From Minisyncoccota bacterium (lineage in GTDB: Bacteria > Patescibacteriota > Minisyncoccia > Phycocordibacterales > SBAW01): 64,000 nt of DNA. Below are positions 10,261 to 22,012 of the stretch, one piece after another. Positions within the stretch are counted from its first letter, which is position 1, and each line of letters starts with the position of its first letter. Below the pieces are notes generated by a model, which saw nothing but the letters and a program-made list of their open reading frames with translations, was not told where the DNA came from and did not search any database. The stretch is from the NCBI GenBank assembly GCA_035549255.1, contig DASZRD010000007.1, positions 1,104-65,103 of the forward strand, in the 5' to 3' direction. The translations under genes were made by a program, and so were the position numbers.

Positions 10261-11487
10261 TTACAGTACGAACTGCCCGTTATCGTAAATAACTTTAGTC
10301 TTTCTGTCGTAGAAGTACGCAGTCACGCGGCGCTTCGTGGTCGTGATGACATCGGTATGGACCGAAGAGTCGTTGAAGCCAAGCGCCATTGATTGCTTTT
10401 TCGTAAGCCTGCTCACGTCGCCCGCGTAGGTGTCTTCATACGATGCGCCGAGCGCCACGTGCGTGTTGCCCTGCGGCCCGCCCATGTTCTCGTCGAAGAG
10501 CGTCTCGGCCATGAACTTGGTGATCCGCGAATGGCGGCGGTCGGTCATAGAGAATTCCCCAAGCCGGTTGGCACCCGGTGTGGCGATCATCTCTTTGAGC
10601 AATTTTTCGCCGGTCTTCGCTTTGTTCTTGATTACCTTGCCGTCTTTAAACACAAGCTCAATACCCGTCACTTTGTTGCCGTAGCGATAGAGCGGCTGGT
10701 TGAAGCGGATCCATCCGTTCGTACCGCGCCAATCGGGGCTGGTGAAGATCTCGAAGCTTGGGATATTGGCGCCGCGGCCCGAGAGCCACTTCCTCTTTTT
10801 ACCCAAGGTTATCCAAAGATCGGCATCCTCGCCCTCGATATGAAGCTTGTCGATCTTGGGCGAGAGCGCGTTTAACTTTTTTTTATAGGAGTGAATCTCT
10901 TCGTAGACCTTATTCCACTTTTTGATCGGATCTTTTTCGTCGAGAAAACAGGCTTGAATGATTTCCTTCCAGTATGCTTCGATACTCAAGCCCGCTTCTC
11001 GTGCCATCGCTGGCGTACCGTAGAGCGCAATCGTCCACGAAAGTTTGCCCTGGTGCTCCTTCTGCCGGCGCCAATCCATGTACTGCTTCATCGCTTTGCC
11101 GCGGCGCATGATCTTTTTGGGATCGATACCCTTCAGTGCGTGCGGATTGTTATCGCCTAGGATAAAGAGCACATGATCGACCTGGTCAACCAGGCCGCGG
11201 AAGTAATGATGCGGGAAGAAATCCAGCTGGTGATCCTTCGCCCGTTCGAAGAAGTCCACGGAGAAGTTGTAGCGATCGTCGCCCTCAGGCTGATAATTGA
11301 GTATTGCGTGGCCACCTACCTCGAGTATTTTATTGCGCACGGCCATGAAAAGCGGCTTTGCGGACTCTGAGCCGTTGAGGTACACGACATCGCCGCTCTT
11401 GATCCCCTTCCCGTGCCCGAGCGCAAAATTGACGAGGACATCCGCATAGCGTGTAAGTACCGCCTGGCTGGGCGTGTAGGCCTTCAT
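10261..11487 (-). CDS. aminopeptidase, M29 (AmpS/PepS thermophilic aminopeptidase) family
   Basis: 408 aa. The length and N-terminal organisation resemble aminopeptidase T/PepS. Family assignment is from recalled sequence similarity only. Confidence 0.5.
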   Translation of the reverse strand: MKAYTPSQAVLTRYADVLVNFALGHGKGIKSGDVVYLNGSESAKPLFMAVRNKILEVGGHAILNYQPEGDDRYNFSVDFFERAKDHQLDFFPHHYFRGLVDQVDHVLFILGDNNPHALKGIDPKKIMRRGKAMKQYMDWRRQKEHQGKLSWTIALYGTPAMAREAGLSIEAYWKEIIQACFLDEKDPIKKWNKVYEEIHSYKKKLNALSPKIDKLHIEGEDADLWITLGKKRKWLSGRGANIPSFEIFTSPDWRGTNGWIRFNQPLYRYGNKVTGIELVFKDGKVIKNKAKTGEKLLKEMIATPGANRLGEFSMTDRRHSRITKFMAETLFDENMGGPQGNTHVALGASYEDTYAGDVSRLTKKQSMALGFNDSSVHTDVITTTKRRVTAYFYDRKTKVIYDNGQFVL

Positions 11488-11570
11488 ATGGCCATTTTAA
11501 CGCAAATAGACGGTATTTTAAAGCAAAAAAATGGCCCGGGGCTTGTGCTCCAGGCCGTCTTTGTATTACC

Positions 11571-11900
11571 TTACGGTATCTGCAAAAGTTCTCGTGGCTT
11601 ACGCGACCGCCGGCGCCCGCGTGTTGGAATGGAGAACCGGTATTCTTTGCTGAAACTGATCGACACCGGAACTTCGAAGACAACTTCTCGCTGATTCCGG
11701 TGGTCGATCAAGCGTTGATTGAACAACGTCCAATCGCGGTCGCGCGCTCGGACGTACAGCCCGGCCACGATCAGCACCAAGCCGACGAACGCGAGATACG
11801 GCGGGATCGCGTGAACCAGGGCAAGCAGCAGGATGAAGAATCCCACCGAAACAAGGGATTTCCAAAACATGATGTCAATCCTCCGTTGAAAAGCTTCCAA
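11571..11900 (-). CDS. hypothetical small membrane protein
   Basis: 109 aa ORF with two hydrophobic helices in a ~470-bp gap between genes. The true start may be the internal Met. Confidence 0.3.
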   Translation of the reverse strand: MEAFQRRIDIMFWKSLVSVGFFILLLALVHAIPPYLAFVGLVLIVAGLYVRARDRDWTLFNQRLIDHRNQREVVFEVPVSISFSKEYRFSIPTRGRRRSRKPRELLQIP

Positions 11901-11957
11901 TGGAACTATATTACGTCCTCCAGACTTTGTATATCTACGATGATCTCTGGAAATCCT

Positions 11958-12182
11958 TTATTCAAGTATAAACCGAGGTCGTTTCTTTCCGTCAGGCCAT
12001 CGTACTTTTCCAGTAAATTCGGACAAATCTCGATGCTTAAGGATGCCGTAGGTTAAAGAAATGTAGACCACACCCAGTTTCCCAACTCGTTTATTCGTCG
12101 ATTCTTGCGCAATTCCTAGCACGTAATACCGCCCACCTTTGTAGTGTTTGTAAATTTGTCCTGGCAGTACTTCGATTTTCAT
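11958..12182 (-). CDS. DUF1653 family protein
   Basis: 74 aa with a YKHYKGGRYYV... core typical of DUF1653. The gene is locally low-GC (~43%) against a ~60% background. Confidence 0.5.
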   Translation of the reverse strand: MKIEVLPGQIYKHYKGGRYYVLGIAQESTNKRVGKLGVVYISLTYGILKHRDLSEFTGKVRWPDGKKRPRFILE

Positions 12183-13525
12183 CCCTCCTTTTTATCGGTC
12201 GAGAGGAGGATATCGATACGGTTCATGTCGCGCGGAAAGGCGGAGGCTTCTTTTACATTGCTCAGGTCGAGCATTTTCATGGTTATGCGCTCAAGGCCGG
12301 TCGAGCAACCGCCGTGCGGCGGCATGCCGTACTTGAAGGCCTGGAGGTAAAAGGCGAACTTTGCCGGGTCCATGCTGCGCGACTTCATCTTCTCGATCAA
12401 TTCATCGTAGTTATGGATGCGCTGCGAGCCGGAGTTGATCTCGAGCCCGCGGAAGAGGAGGTCGAAGCTGCGCGAAAATTCGGGGTTCTCGGGGTCGGCA
12501 AAGGTGTAGAATGCGCGCTTCTTGGTCGGGAAGTGCGTGATGAACACGAAGTCGGAGCCGAATTTCTCCTTGGCATATTGGCAGATCTGGCGCTCATGCT
12601 CGGGCTCAAGGTCAAGCTCCCCTACCGCCTTGCCGCCGAACTCTTTTTCGATTATTTCCTGCGCTTCGCGCAACATGAAGACTGGGAACTCCTCTTGCGG
12701 GAGCGCGGCTGGCTCAACTTTAAATCGTTTAAGCGCGTCGGCATGTTTGTCAGTAACTGCGCTCGCAATGCTGCGGATCACCTTCTCGAGCATCGCCATC
12801 ACGTCTTTGTGAGACTCTATAAAGCCCATCTCAAACTCAAGCTGGGTGAGCTCGGCGAGGTGGCGGGTGGTGGCGCTCTTCTCGGCGCGGAAGGTTTTGG
12901 CAACGGTCATCGAGCGCTCGAAGGGCCCGACCATGATTTGTTTGTAGAGCTGGCCCGAGGTCGCGAGGTACGCCTGCTTGCCGTAATAATCCTCGATCTT
13001 AAATACCGCTGCACCGCCCTCGGCATCGCCGCCGACCAAGACCGGCGCTTGGAACTCGGTAAAGCCTTCTGATTTGAGAGCATTCCGAAATGCATCAACA
13101 ATAGTTGCTTGGACGGTGAAGATATCGCGTGTGCGCTCAAGCCGGAGCGTAAGCGGCAAGTTGTCGAAGTGCGTGTCGATGTTGAGCTGCTCCGGGTTCA
13201 TGTCGAACGGTAGGGAGTGCGCTTCAGAAAGCACTTCGATCGCGGTGATCTCGAGCTCGATGTTGCCGTTGGGTACATCGCGGCGCATCTTCTCCGGCCG
13301 CTCGTTGACCACACCCTCGATGCGCACGACCCACTCTTGCTTAAGCGTCTGTGCCACCTCAAGCACCTCTGGCTTGCCGAAGACAACGCCTTGCACCTTG
13401 CCCGAGCGGTCGCGGAAGTCGAAGAAGGCCATCTTGCCCTGATTGCGCGCGACATCTACCCATGCGCTGATGGATACCTTCTCACCAATATGCTGCCCTA
13501 GATCTCCGATAAGTGTGCGTTCCAT
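12179..13525 (-). CDS. aspS: aspartate--tRNA ligase, short archaeal/class IIb type (Asp versus Asn specificity unresolved)
   Basis: 448 aa with an N-terminal OB anticodon-binding fold, class II motifs and a C-terminal ...GLERITM...AFPRD motif 3. Confidence 0.7.
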   Translation of the reverse strand: MERTLIGDLGQHIGEKVSISAWVDVARNQGKMAFFDFRDRSGKVQGVVFGKPEVLEVAQTLKQEWVVRIEGVVNERPEKMRRDVPNGNIELEITAIEVLSEAHSLPFDMNPEQLNIDTHFDNLPLTLRLERTRDIFTVQATIVDAFRNALKSEGFTEFQAPVLVGGDAEGGAAVFKIEDYYGKQAYLATSGQLYKQIMVGPFERSMTVAKTFRAEKSATTRHLAELTQLEFEMGFIESHKDVMAMLEKVIRSIASAVTDKHADALKRFKVEPAALPQEEFPVFMLREAQEIIEKEFGGKAVGELDLEPEHERQICQYAKEKFGSDFVFITHFPTKKRAFYTFADPENPEFSRSFDLLFRGLEINSGSQRIHNYDELIEKMKSRSMDPAKFAFYLQAFKYGMPPHGGCSTGLERITMKMLDLSNVKEASAFPRDMNRIDILLSTDKKEG

Positions 13526-13532
13526 AAAATTA

Positions 13533-14534
13533 TTACAGCGTTACACCAATCCTTTCACGGACCAGCTTCATTTTTTCTTCGGCTCTAGCCCTCGCCACTT
13601 CACCACCATTTTTCAAAGTCTCAATTACTTCATCGTCAGTAATCTCATTTCTCCTCCTTCTGATCTCTTTAGTATCTTTAAGAATAACCTCAAGCAATTT
13701 ATCTTTTGCTTGTTTGTAACCACCTAATGCTCCCGATTTGTAATCTTTCTTAAATTGATCAAAATTTAGAAGATCAAATTGTTTGTAGAGTGTGGGTATG
13801 ATGTCATTTTCAGACCCTAATTTCTCACCAGGTTCTACAGATGCAGTTTTAATACTCATAACAGAAGATCTTATTTGATCTTCTGATGCAAAGAGAGGAA
13901 TTATATTTTTATAGCTCTTACTCATTTTCTGACCGTCCGTTCCTGGAATTTTCCCTACCTCACCAAACCTAGAAGCAGAAATTTGGTAGCTAAAGAGTTG
14001 TTCCCCAGGAAATGCAGTATTGAATTTTGCTGCGATCTCTCTTGTATATTCTAGATGTTGTTCTTGATCTATGCCTACAGGTACCCATGTCGTTGCGTCA
14101 ATATCGCTATAAAGCAAAATGTCTGCTGCCATTAGTACAGGGTAATCCAAAAGACCAAAGTTAGATTCAAGACCCTTTGCTTGCTTGTCCTTAAAAGCAT
14201 GACCAAGCTCTAAAAATGACTGAGTAACGAGACAATTAAATATCCATGACAATTCAGTATGCTGGGGAACATCCGATTGCTTAAAGATAGTTACATTTTT
14301 AGTATTTTCTCCCAGTACAGCCAAATAATCTTTTACTATAGAAATTATATTTTCCCTTAACTCTTTTGGATTCTTAAGAGTCGTGAGAGCGTGATAATCT
14401 GCAACCATCAACATCACACTTTCATAGTGTTCAGTTCCAGCTAAACCAGCTAATGGTTTGAGAGCCCCGAAATAGTTACCAATATGAAGCTGCCCACTTG
14501 GTTGTAAGCCAGTAAAAAGCCTCTTTTTACTCAT
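13533..14534 (-). CDS. trpS: tryptophan--tRNA ligase
   Basis: 333 aa class Ic aaRS with GLQPSGQLHIGNY (HIGH region) and KMSKS motifs. Confidence 0.85.
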   Translation of the reverse strand: MSKKRLFTGLQPSGQLHIGNYFGALKPLAGLAGTEHYESVMLMVADYHALTTLKNPKELRENIISIVKDYLAVLGENTKNVTIFKQSDVPQHTELSWIFNCLVTQSFLELGHAFKDKQAKGLESNFGLLDYPVLMAADILLYSDIDATTWVPVGIDQEQHLEYTREIAAKFNTAFPGEQLFSYQISASRFGEVGKIPGTDGQKMSKSYKNIIPLFASEDQIRSSVMSIKTASVEPGEKLGSENDIIPTLYKQFDLLNFDQFKKDYKSGALGGYKQAKDKLLEVILKDTKEIRRRRNEITDDEVIETLKNGGEVARARAEEKMKLVRERIGVTL

Positions 14535-14574
14535 AGCAGAAAGTCTATCAGAAAAATGTAGAAAATACGATTTA

Positions 14575-14760
14575 CTATTCGTTCTCTCTTTCCCATTGAT
14601 CCCAGGTCAAATCTGGGTCGGTAGGCTCTGTTTTACGAACATTCATTTTGTTCTTTGAATTTTGAGTTCCGATTATAGCTTCAAAAGGATTGAAATCTAA
14701 TGATTTTATAAAAGCTCCAATAAATATGAGTACGCCCAATCCGATGATTGCAAACAACAT
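14575..14760 (-). CDS. hypothetical small membrane protein
   Basis: 61 aa with one N-terminal hydrophobic helix. It fills the gap between dnaJ and trpS. Confidence 0.3.
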   Translation of the reverse strand: MLFAIIGLGVLIFIGAFIKSLDFNPFEAIIGTQNSKNKMNVRKTEPTDPDLTWDQWERENE

Positions 14761-14767
14761 ATAATAT

Positions 14768-15850
14768 TTATATCCCCTCTTCTTTGAGCTTCTCGACCAA
14801 TTGCTTTGCCGAGCGGGAGAGTTTTTGAGGCAGGATTATTTTTACTCTCACAATGAGGTCGCCGCGCTTGCCTCGGCTGTTGGGGACGCCCTTGCCGCGC
14901 ACCGTTATGGTCTCGCCATGGGTGACGCCCATGGGGATCGAGATCGACTCCTCGCCGTCGAGCGTTTGGATTTTATAGTCGGCACCCAAGAGTGCATCGG
15001 AAAGTTTTACCGAGAGGTCGGTCAAAATATTGCTGCCTTCTTTCTTGAAGCGAGGGTCGGGTATGACGTGGATCTTAACGTAAAGATCGCCCGAAGCGCC
15101 ACCCGCGACCGCCTCGCCGGCACCCGCGAGGCGCACCATCTCGCCGCCTTCGATCCCGGCCGGGATCGCGATGTCGATCTCCTCCTGCCGCTTGTAGACG
15201 CCCTCACCGCGGCAGGTATGGCACTTTTCTTTGGGTACCTTGCCGGTGCCATGGCAGTTGCTGCAGACGCGCGCGACCGACACGGAGCCGAAGATAGAGT
15301 TGGTGGTCTCGTGGATCTTGCCGGAGCCGTTGCAAACCGTGCAGGTATCGAGCTTGCTTCCCGGCTCGGCGCCGCTGCCTTTGCAGGTCTCGCACGTGCT
15401 CATCTTGGAAAGGAGCACGGTGCGCTTGGTACCGAAAACAGAATCCTTGAATGAGATCTCAAGGTCGATCGAGATGTCGCGGCCGCGACGCGTGCGCGTG
15501 GCGCTGCCGCCCGTAAAGAGGTCGCTAAAAATGTCGCTGAAGTCGAAGCCGCCCTGGTTGAACGCGTCCTGGAATTGCGAAAAGTCGAAGCCGTTCGTCT
15601 GGCCATTAAAGCCGCCGAAGCCCGCTCCCCCACCGCCGAACGTGCGGCCGTAGGAATCATACTCGGCGCGCTTCTTGTCGTCGCCGAGGACCGAGTATGC
15701 CTCGCTCACTTCCTTGAACTTCTCCGAGTCGCCGGAAGATTTGTCAGGGTGGTACTTGTGCGCGAGCTTGTGGAAGGCCTTCTTGATCTCGTCCTTACTG
15801 GCTTTCTTATCGACGCCGAGGACCTCGTAGTAGTCGCGCTTGTCCGCCAT
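14768..15850 (-). CDS. dnaJ: molecular chaperone DnaJ
   Basis: J domain with YYEVLGV...HPD, a G/F-rich linker and four CxxCxGxG zinc-finger repeats. Confidence 0.9.
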   Translation of the reverse strand: MADKRDYYEVLGVDKKASKDEIKKAFHKLAHKYHPDKSSGDSEKFKEVSEAYSVLGDDKKRAEYDSYGRTFGGGGAGFGGFNGQTNGFDFSQFQDAFNQGGFDFSDIFSDLFTGGSATRTRRGRDISIDLEISFKDSVFGTKRTVLLSKMSTCETCKGSGAEPGSKLDTCTVCNGSGKIHETTNSIFGSVSVARVCSNCHGTGKVPKEKCHTCRGEGVYKRQEEIDIAIPAGIEGGEMVRLAGAGEAVAGGASGDLYVKIHVIPDPRFKKEGSNILTDLSVKLSDALLGADYKIQTLDGEESISIPMGVTHGETITVRGKGVPNSRGKRGDLIVRVKIILPQKLSRSAKQLVEKLKEEGI

Positions 15851-15864
15851 ACGTACAAGATACT

Positions 15865-17682
15865 TTACGCCGAATTTCCCTCTTCTGCAAGCTGACTTTC
15901 GTCTTCGTCTACTATGAATCCTCCTGCCTGAATGCTCCAGAGCTTGTGATAGAGGCCGCCTTCCTTGAGGAGCTCGTCGTGCGTGCCGTCAGCGACAATT
16001 TTGCCGCCCTCAAGGACTACGATGCGGTCCATCCGCATGATCGTAGAGAGGCGGTGCGCGATCACGATCACCGTCTTGCCCTGCATAAGCACGCGCAAGG
16101 CGTCCTGGATGAGCGCTTCAGACTCCGAGTCGAGGCTCGATGTCGCCTCGTCGAGCACGAGGATGGGCGCGTCTTTGAGGATCGCTCGCGCGATAGCGAC
16201 GCGCTGGCGCTCGCCGCCGGAGAGCTTGACCCCGCGCTCTCCCACGAAGGTGTCGTAGCCTTGCGGCAGCCCCGCGATAAACTCGTGGCAGTGCGCTTTC
16301 TTCGCGGCCTCGATCACTTCCGCATCGGTCGCGTCGCGCTTGCCGTAGCGGATATTCTCCATGAGGCTGCGGTGGAAGAGAATTGGCTCTTGCGGCACGA
16401 AGGCGATCGACTCGCGCAGAGAGTCTTGCGTTACTTCTGCAATATTCTGCCCGTCGATTTCGATCGAGCCGCCCTGCACGTCGTAGAGCCGGAGCAAGAG
16501 CTTGGTGATGGTCGACTTCCCCGCGCCCGAGGGCCCGACGAAGGCCACTTTTTCGCGCGCCGGTATCTTGAGCGTAAAGTTGGTGAGGATGGGGCGCTCC
16601 ATATTGAATGAGAATTCCACGTTGTCGAACGATACGTTCCCCGAGGACACCACGATTGGCTTGGCGGCAGGCGCGTCTTTCACGCCATGCGGCGTCTCGA
16701 GTATCTCGACCATTTCGCCCGCGTCGGCGAACGCATCGTAAAAGCGCCGGAGGTCGCGATTGATGCCGACCAGGCGGTCGAAGGTCGTGAGGAGATACGC
16801 CTGAATGAGCACGAAATCGCCGATGGTAAGGAGCCCCTGCTGCCAGAGTGTGGCGCTGCCGTAGAGAAGCCCGATCTCGATTGCAGTCATGAAGAGGCCG
16901 ATGCCCGCCCAGATCCAGTCGTCGGTCATCCACGAGCGTAGCGTGGCGCGGTGCCACGCCTCGACGAAGCCCATGTACCGCTTGAACTCATACCGGCTGC
17001 CGGAGAACAGCGCGATGGTCGAATGATTCGATACGGCGTCAGCGAGCGCTCCCGTGAGCCGCGTGTCCGCCTCGGCGCGCTCGACACGGACATGCTGCCG
17101 CAGATGTGCCACGAATATCTGGAACGCGATAAAAATAATCGCCCAGACGCCGAGCGCGATGCCAAGGAGGTGATTGCGCCAGAATAGAACGCCGACCGCG
17201 CCTGCGACAAAGAGGAAGGTCGGTATGAACTGCACGACAATGCTGTCGAAGAGCGTCTCGAAGGAGCGCGCGTACTTGCTCATCTTGTGCGTAAGCGAGC
17301 CGGCAAAATTGGAGATGAAGAAATTGTATGAGTGCGCGATAAGATACTCGAATGATTTCGAGTACAAGTCTTCCATGACCTTGGCGCTGAAAATATTGTT
17401 GCTCTGGCCCTGGATGCGGCGCGAGAGCCACTCGAGGAGGTACATGAGGGTAAGCATTGCGAGCACGCCGCCAAGCATATGCACGGTATCTCTGGTCGGG
17501 TTGGCTGTTGTCGCGAGGATATTGAAGAAGCTGCGCAGGTAGAGCGGCGCTGCAAGCGTCGCCGCCTGGATCCCGACGCTGCCGAGGATCACAAGCGACA
17601 GCAGCCATGGATGCCTCCGGACCGACGCGAAATAGGCGCGGAATACCGCGCCGGCTGACGCCTGCTTCTTGCCTTCTTTCAT
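15865..17682 (-). CDS. ABC transporter permease/ATP-binding protein (type I exporter, MsbA-like fused TMD-NBD)
   Basis: 605 aa with an N-terminal 6-TM domain and a C-terminal NBD (Walker [35 protein letters not shown]). It sits between dnaK and dnaJ with 14-15 nt gaps. Confidence 0.85.
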   Translation of the reverse strand: MKEGKKQASAGAVFRAYFASVRRHPWLLSLVILGSVGIQAATLAAPLYLRSFFNILATTANPTRDTVHMLGGVLAMLTLMYLLEWLSRRIQGQSNNIFSAKVMEDLYSKSFEYLIAHSYNFFISNFAGSLTHKMSKYARSFETLFDSIVVQFIPTFLFVAGAVGVLFWRNHLLGIALGVWAIIFIAFQIFVAHLRQHVRVERAEADTRLTGALADAVSNHSTIALFSGSRYEFKRYMGFVEAWHRATLRSWMTDDWIWAGIGLFMTAIEIGLLYGSATLWQQGLLTIGDFVLIQAYLLTTFDRLVGINRDLRRFYDAFADAGEMVEILETPHGVKDAPAAKPIVVSSGNVSFDNVEFSFNMERPILTNFTLKIPAREKVAFVGPSGAGKSTITKLLLRLYDVQGGSIEIDGQNIAEVTQDSLRESIAFVPQEPILFHRSLMENIRYGKRDATDAEVIEAAKKAHCHEFIAGLPQGYDTFVGERGVKLSGGERQRVAIARAILKDAPILVLDEATSSLDSESEALIQDALRVLMQGKTVIVIAHRLSTIMRMDRIVVLEGGKIVADGTHDELLKEGGLYHKLWSIQAGGFIVDEDESQLAEEGNSA

Positions 17683-17697
17683 ATGCTTAGGATAGCA

Positions 17698-19611
<1,914 letters not shown>

Positions 19612-19640
19612 ATCGTTTTATTAGATAATTAATTTATTTT

Positions 19641-20177
19641 TTAAGCCTTAAGGATTCCGACTGACACTTGCGCCGGGCGGATTACGAAATCACCAATACT
19701 ATAGCCGGAGCGCTCCACCGAGACAACCTTATGCTCCTGATCGGGCGATTCAACTTCGACTTCGCGAAGCGCCTCGTGCTTTTTGGGGTCGAAGGGCTCG
19801 CCTGCTTCCCCGAACCTCTTGATACCCATACGATCGATCGTCGAGAGGAGCTGCTTATGGAGCACAGAGAGCTCTTTATTGCCTGCCTTGTCGGGAGACA
19901 GGTCGGAATGTTTGGCGGACATTTCAAACGAGTCGAGGACTGGGATCAAATCTTCCGCAAGCGAGGCTTTGATTCGCTCCTCGGCATACCCCTTCCGGGT
20001 ATCCTCGTCGCGCTTAAGGTTGGCATACTCTGCCTTTACGCGTTGCCAACCGTCGAGATTGGTCTTGGCCTCCTCCTCGGCCTTGCGAGCGCGCTCGCGC
20101 AGCTTCTTAATCGCCCCCATGGGGTCCTGCGCGTCCTCTTCGGCCACGATTTCTTCGTCGAAATTGTCGCCCAACAT
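19641..20177 (-). CDS. grpE: nucleotide exchange factor GrpE
   Basis: 178 aa with a coiled-coil N-terminus and a GrpE C-terminal domain. It lies immediately upstream of dnaK. Confidence 0.8.
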   Translation of the reverse strand: MLGDNFDEEIVAEEDAQDPMGAIKKLRERARKAEEEAKTNLDGWQRVKAEYANLKRDEDTRKGYAEERIKASLAEDLIPVLDSFEMSAKHSDLSPDKAGNKELSVLHKQLLSTIDRMGIKRFGEAGEPFDPKKHEALREVEVESPDQEHKVVSVERSGYSIGDFVIRPAQVSVGILKA

Positions 20178-20589
20178 AGCCTTATTTTACATAGGAAATC
20201 GCCGAAGTCAAATTTCTTAAAAAATACGCCAGCCTGTTAAGGATGGCGAAAATTGAGAAACCAGAGGATTTGGACCTATTTCGAAAACTGGCCTACGCAG
20301 GAAGTCTTCGAACCTTTGTCGCCAACATGGTGGTAATTTCACTTTTGGATCCACGAGAACTGACATCCTCGCTTCACCTCCTCCCACCTATGCTACAAAG
20401 CTGGCCAAGATCTTCTACCCGAGTCTACTCCAGAGGAATCGAACCTCTATCACCAAAAGAACTGCCAAATGCTTAGGCTATCCAGTATTCCTTTAGCGCC
20501 CAACCTTACGGTCGAGATATACGCCAAGAAGCAGTCTGGTTCCGAGGGAGAACATAGCACAAGGTAAATCTTATCTGCAAGCAGACGTC

Positions 20590-20958
20590 TTACTCAGTCC
20601 GCATCTTCTTTTTCTGTTGGTAGACAAAAGCTCCTACTATGCTTGCTAAAGGAACTAACATTGATGTCAATCCAGCTGCGCTATGACCAGTGGCAATAAG
20701 ATAAGTTCCTGCACCTATACCCGCCAGGGCCATGCATGCTCCAAAAATAAGACCGAGAATCATTCTCGCTCCGTCAAACCAAACAACTCTATTTTCAAGC
20801 TTTTGCCGATGCTCTGACTGATTCTCAGCCATCCGTACAATACGATCAGCCAAACCAGGTAATATAGAATCGTATCTTTGTAGATCTTCAGGTGCTGGTA
20901 AGGGTCCTGAATGAAATTTATTTTCTTGAACAACGATACTTCTATCCCGATTAGGCAT
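20590..20958 (-). CDS. DUF2335 family membrane protein
   Basis: 122 aa with a ...LQRYDSILPGLADRIVRMAENQSEHRQ... region matching the DUF2335 consensus, followed by two TM helices. The gene is low-GC (~45%). Confidence 0.5.
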   Translation of the reverse strand: MPNRDRSIVVQENKFHSGPLPAPEDLQRYDSILPGLADRIVRMAENQSEHRQKLENRVVWFDGARMILGLIFGACMALAGIGAGTYLIATGHSAAGLTSMLVPLASIVGAFVYQQKKKMRTE

Positions 20959-21217
20959 GAGAAGTTTCCGTTCGACCCCATTCGTAAGCGGTTCTGAAAT
21001 CGTTTCCTATTGCGTACCAGTCCGCTGCCGTTGCCTTGGTATCAGCTTCCTGCGGAGTTTTGCTTACTGCATAATTCTGAAAGAAATCCTGTCCAGCTGA
21101 GCCGAGAATAGAAGATACCCCCTGCATAAAAGTCCGACGCTCAGGCATGAGGACAAAAGTGCACGATTCATAAATTGTAGAGGATGTAGACATATACAGT
21201 TCAGTATAACACACCAC
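20951..21217 (-). CDS. hypothetical protein
   Basis: 88 aa ORF in the same low-GC islet. It overlaps the start of the DUF2335 gene by 8 nt. Confidence 0.3.
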   Translation of the reverse strand: MVCYTELYMSTSSTIYESCTFVLMPERRTFMQGVSSILGSAGQDFFQNYAVSKTPQEADTKATAADWYAIGNDFRTAYEWGRTETSHA

Positions 21218-21235
21218 TCACTTGCTAAGTAACTC

Positions 21236-21643
21236 TTAGCGTTTCGACCACTGCTTGCGCTTGCGGGCCTTCACAAGACCCGGCTTTTTGCGCTCTTTGG
21301 CGCGCGGGTCGCGTTTGAGGAAACCCTCTACCTTGAGGCTGTGGCGCAGCGCATGGTCGTACTCGACGAGCGCACGGGAGATTGCATGGCGCACGGCGAT
21401 CGCCTGCCCCGCAATACCGCCGCCGCGCACGACGACGGTGACCGCGAACTGGGTCGGGAGCGAAACCTTGAGGAAAGGTTCCAGCGCCGCGACGCGGAGC
21501 TCTTCGGTATCAAAGTAGGTCTGCGCGTCCTCGTTGTTGATCATGATGAGCGTGCGGGCCGCCGGGGTGAGGCGCGCGCGGGCAATAGCCGTCTTGCGGC
21601 GGCCGACTGACTCTATATATTGTTCGTCCTTCTTGGTTGCCAT
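21236..21643 (-). CDS. rpsI: 30S ribosomal protein S9
   Basis: 135 aa with a C-terminal ...ARKRKQWSKR tail typical of S9. It lies downstream of rplM. Confidence 0.9.
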   Translation of the reverse strand: MATKKDEQYIESVGRRKTAIARARLTPAARTLIMINNEDAQTYFDTEELRVAALEPFLKVSLPTQFAVTVVVRGGGIAGQAIAVRHAISRALVEYDHALRHSLKVEGFLKRDPRAKERKKPGLVKARKRKQWSKR

Positions 21644-21649
21644 AACAAT

Positions 21650-22012
21650 TTACTTCTTGATCGTGAGGAGCTTGACGCGCTTCATCTGGAGGCGGTTCTT
21701 GGGGAGCATGCCTAGGACTGCGCGGCGGATCGCCTCCCCATGGCCGCGGCGCGCCACGAGCATAGCATAGGTCTCGATCTTTTGCCCGTCCGGATAGCCC
21801 GAGTACCGCACATATTCCATCTGCTTGGCCTTATTGCCGGAAATCTTCACCTTCGAGGCGTTGGTGATGGTCACTTCCTCGCCCATGACGGCGTTCTTCG
21901 CAAATGTCGCCTTGTGCTTGCCCATGAGGACTTTCGCTGCCTCGCTGGCAACGCGACCGAGAGTCTTATTTGATGCGTCGATAGTAATCATACAAATGTT
22001 ATACAAATTCAA
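21650..22012 (-). CDS. rplM: 50S ribosomal protein L13
   Basis: KTLGRVASE...GKHK L13 signature. The rplM-rpsI pair is conserved. Confidence 0.9.
   Translation of the reverse strand: MNLYNICMITIDASNKTLGRVASEAAKVLMGKHKATFAKNAVMGEEVTITNASKVKISGNKAKQMEYVRYSGYPDGQKIETYAMLVARRGHGEAIRRAVLGMLPKNRLQMKRVKLLTIKK

Noticed and set aside
12179-13525. Calling the class IIb synthetase as LysRS or AsnRS
   Set aside because: The C-terminal motif 3 carries FPRD, which is Asp/Asn-type rather than LysRS-type. The length (448 aa) and N-terminal OB fold fit archaeal-type AspRS. AsnRS cannot be excluded from sequence inspection alone, so it is reported as AspRS-type with specificity unresolved.
20178-20245. CIRCE (HrcA operator) upstream of grpE
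   Set aside because: No TTAGCACTC-N9-GAGTGCTAA-like inverted repeat is present in the grpE upstream region.
20243-20589. Possible tmRNA (ssrA) or complete tRNA in the non-coding stretch of the low-GC islet, and the 77-aa plus-strand ORF 20243..20476
   Set aside because: Only a T-arm plus 3' acceptor strand could be folded. No complementary 5' acceptor strand, D-arm or anticodon arm was found, and no tag-peptide reading frame ending in an ALAA-like sequence was seen. A ~360-nt tmRNA would have to overlap the DUF2335 coding sequence. The plus-strand ORF has no motifs and overlaps this RNA-like motif. It is kept only as a partial tRNA-like fragment in findings.
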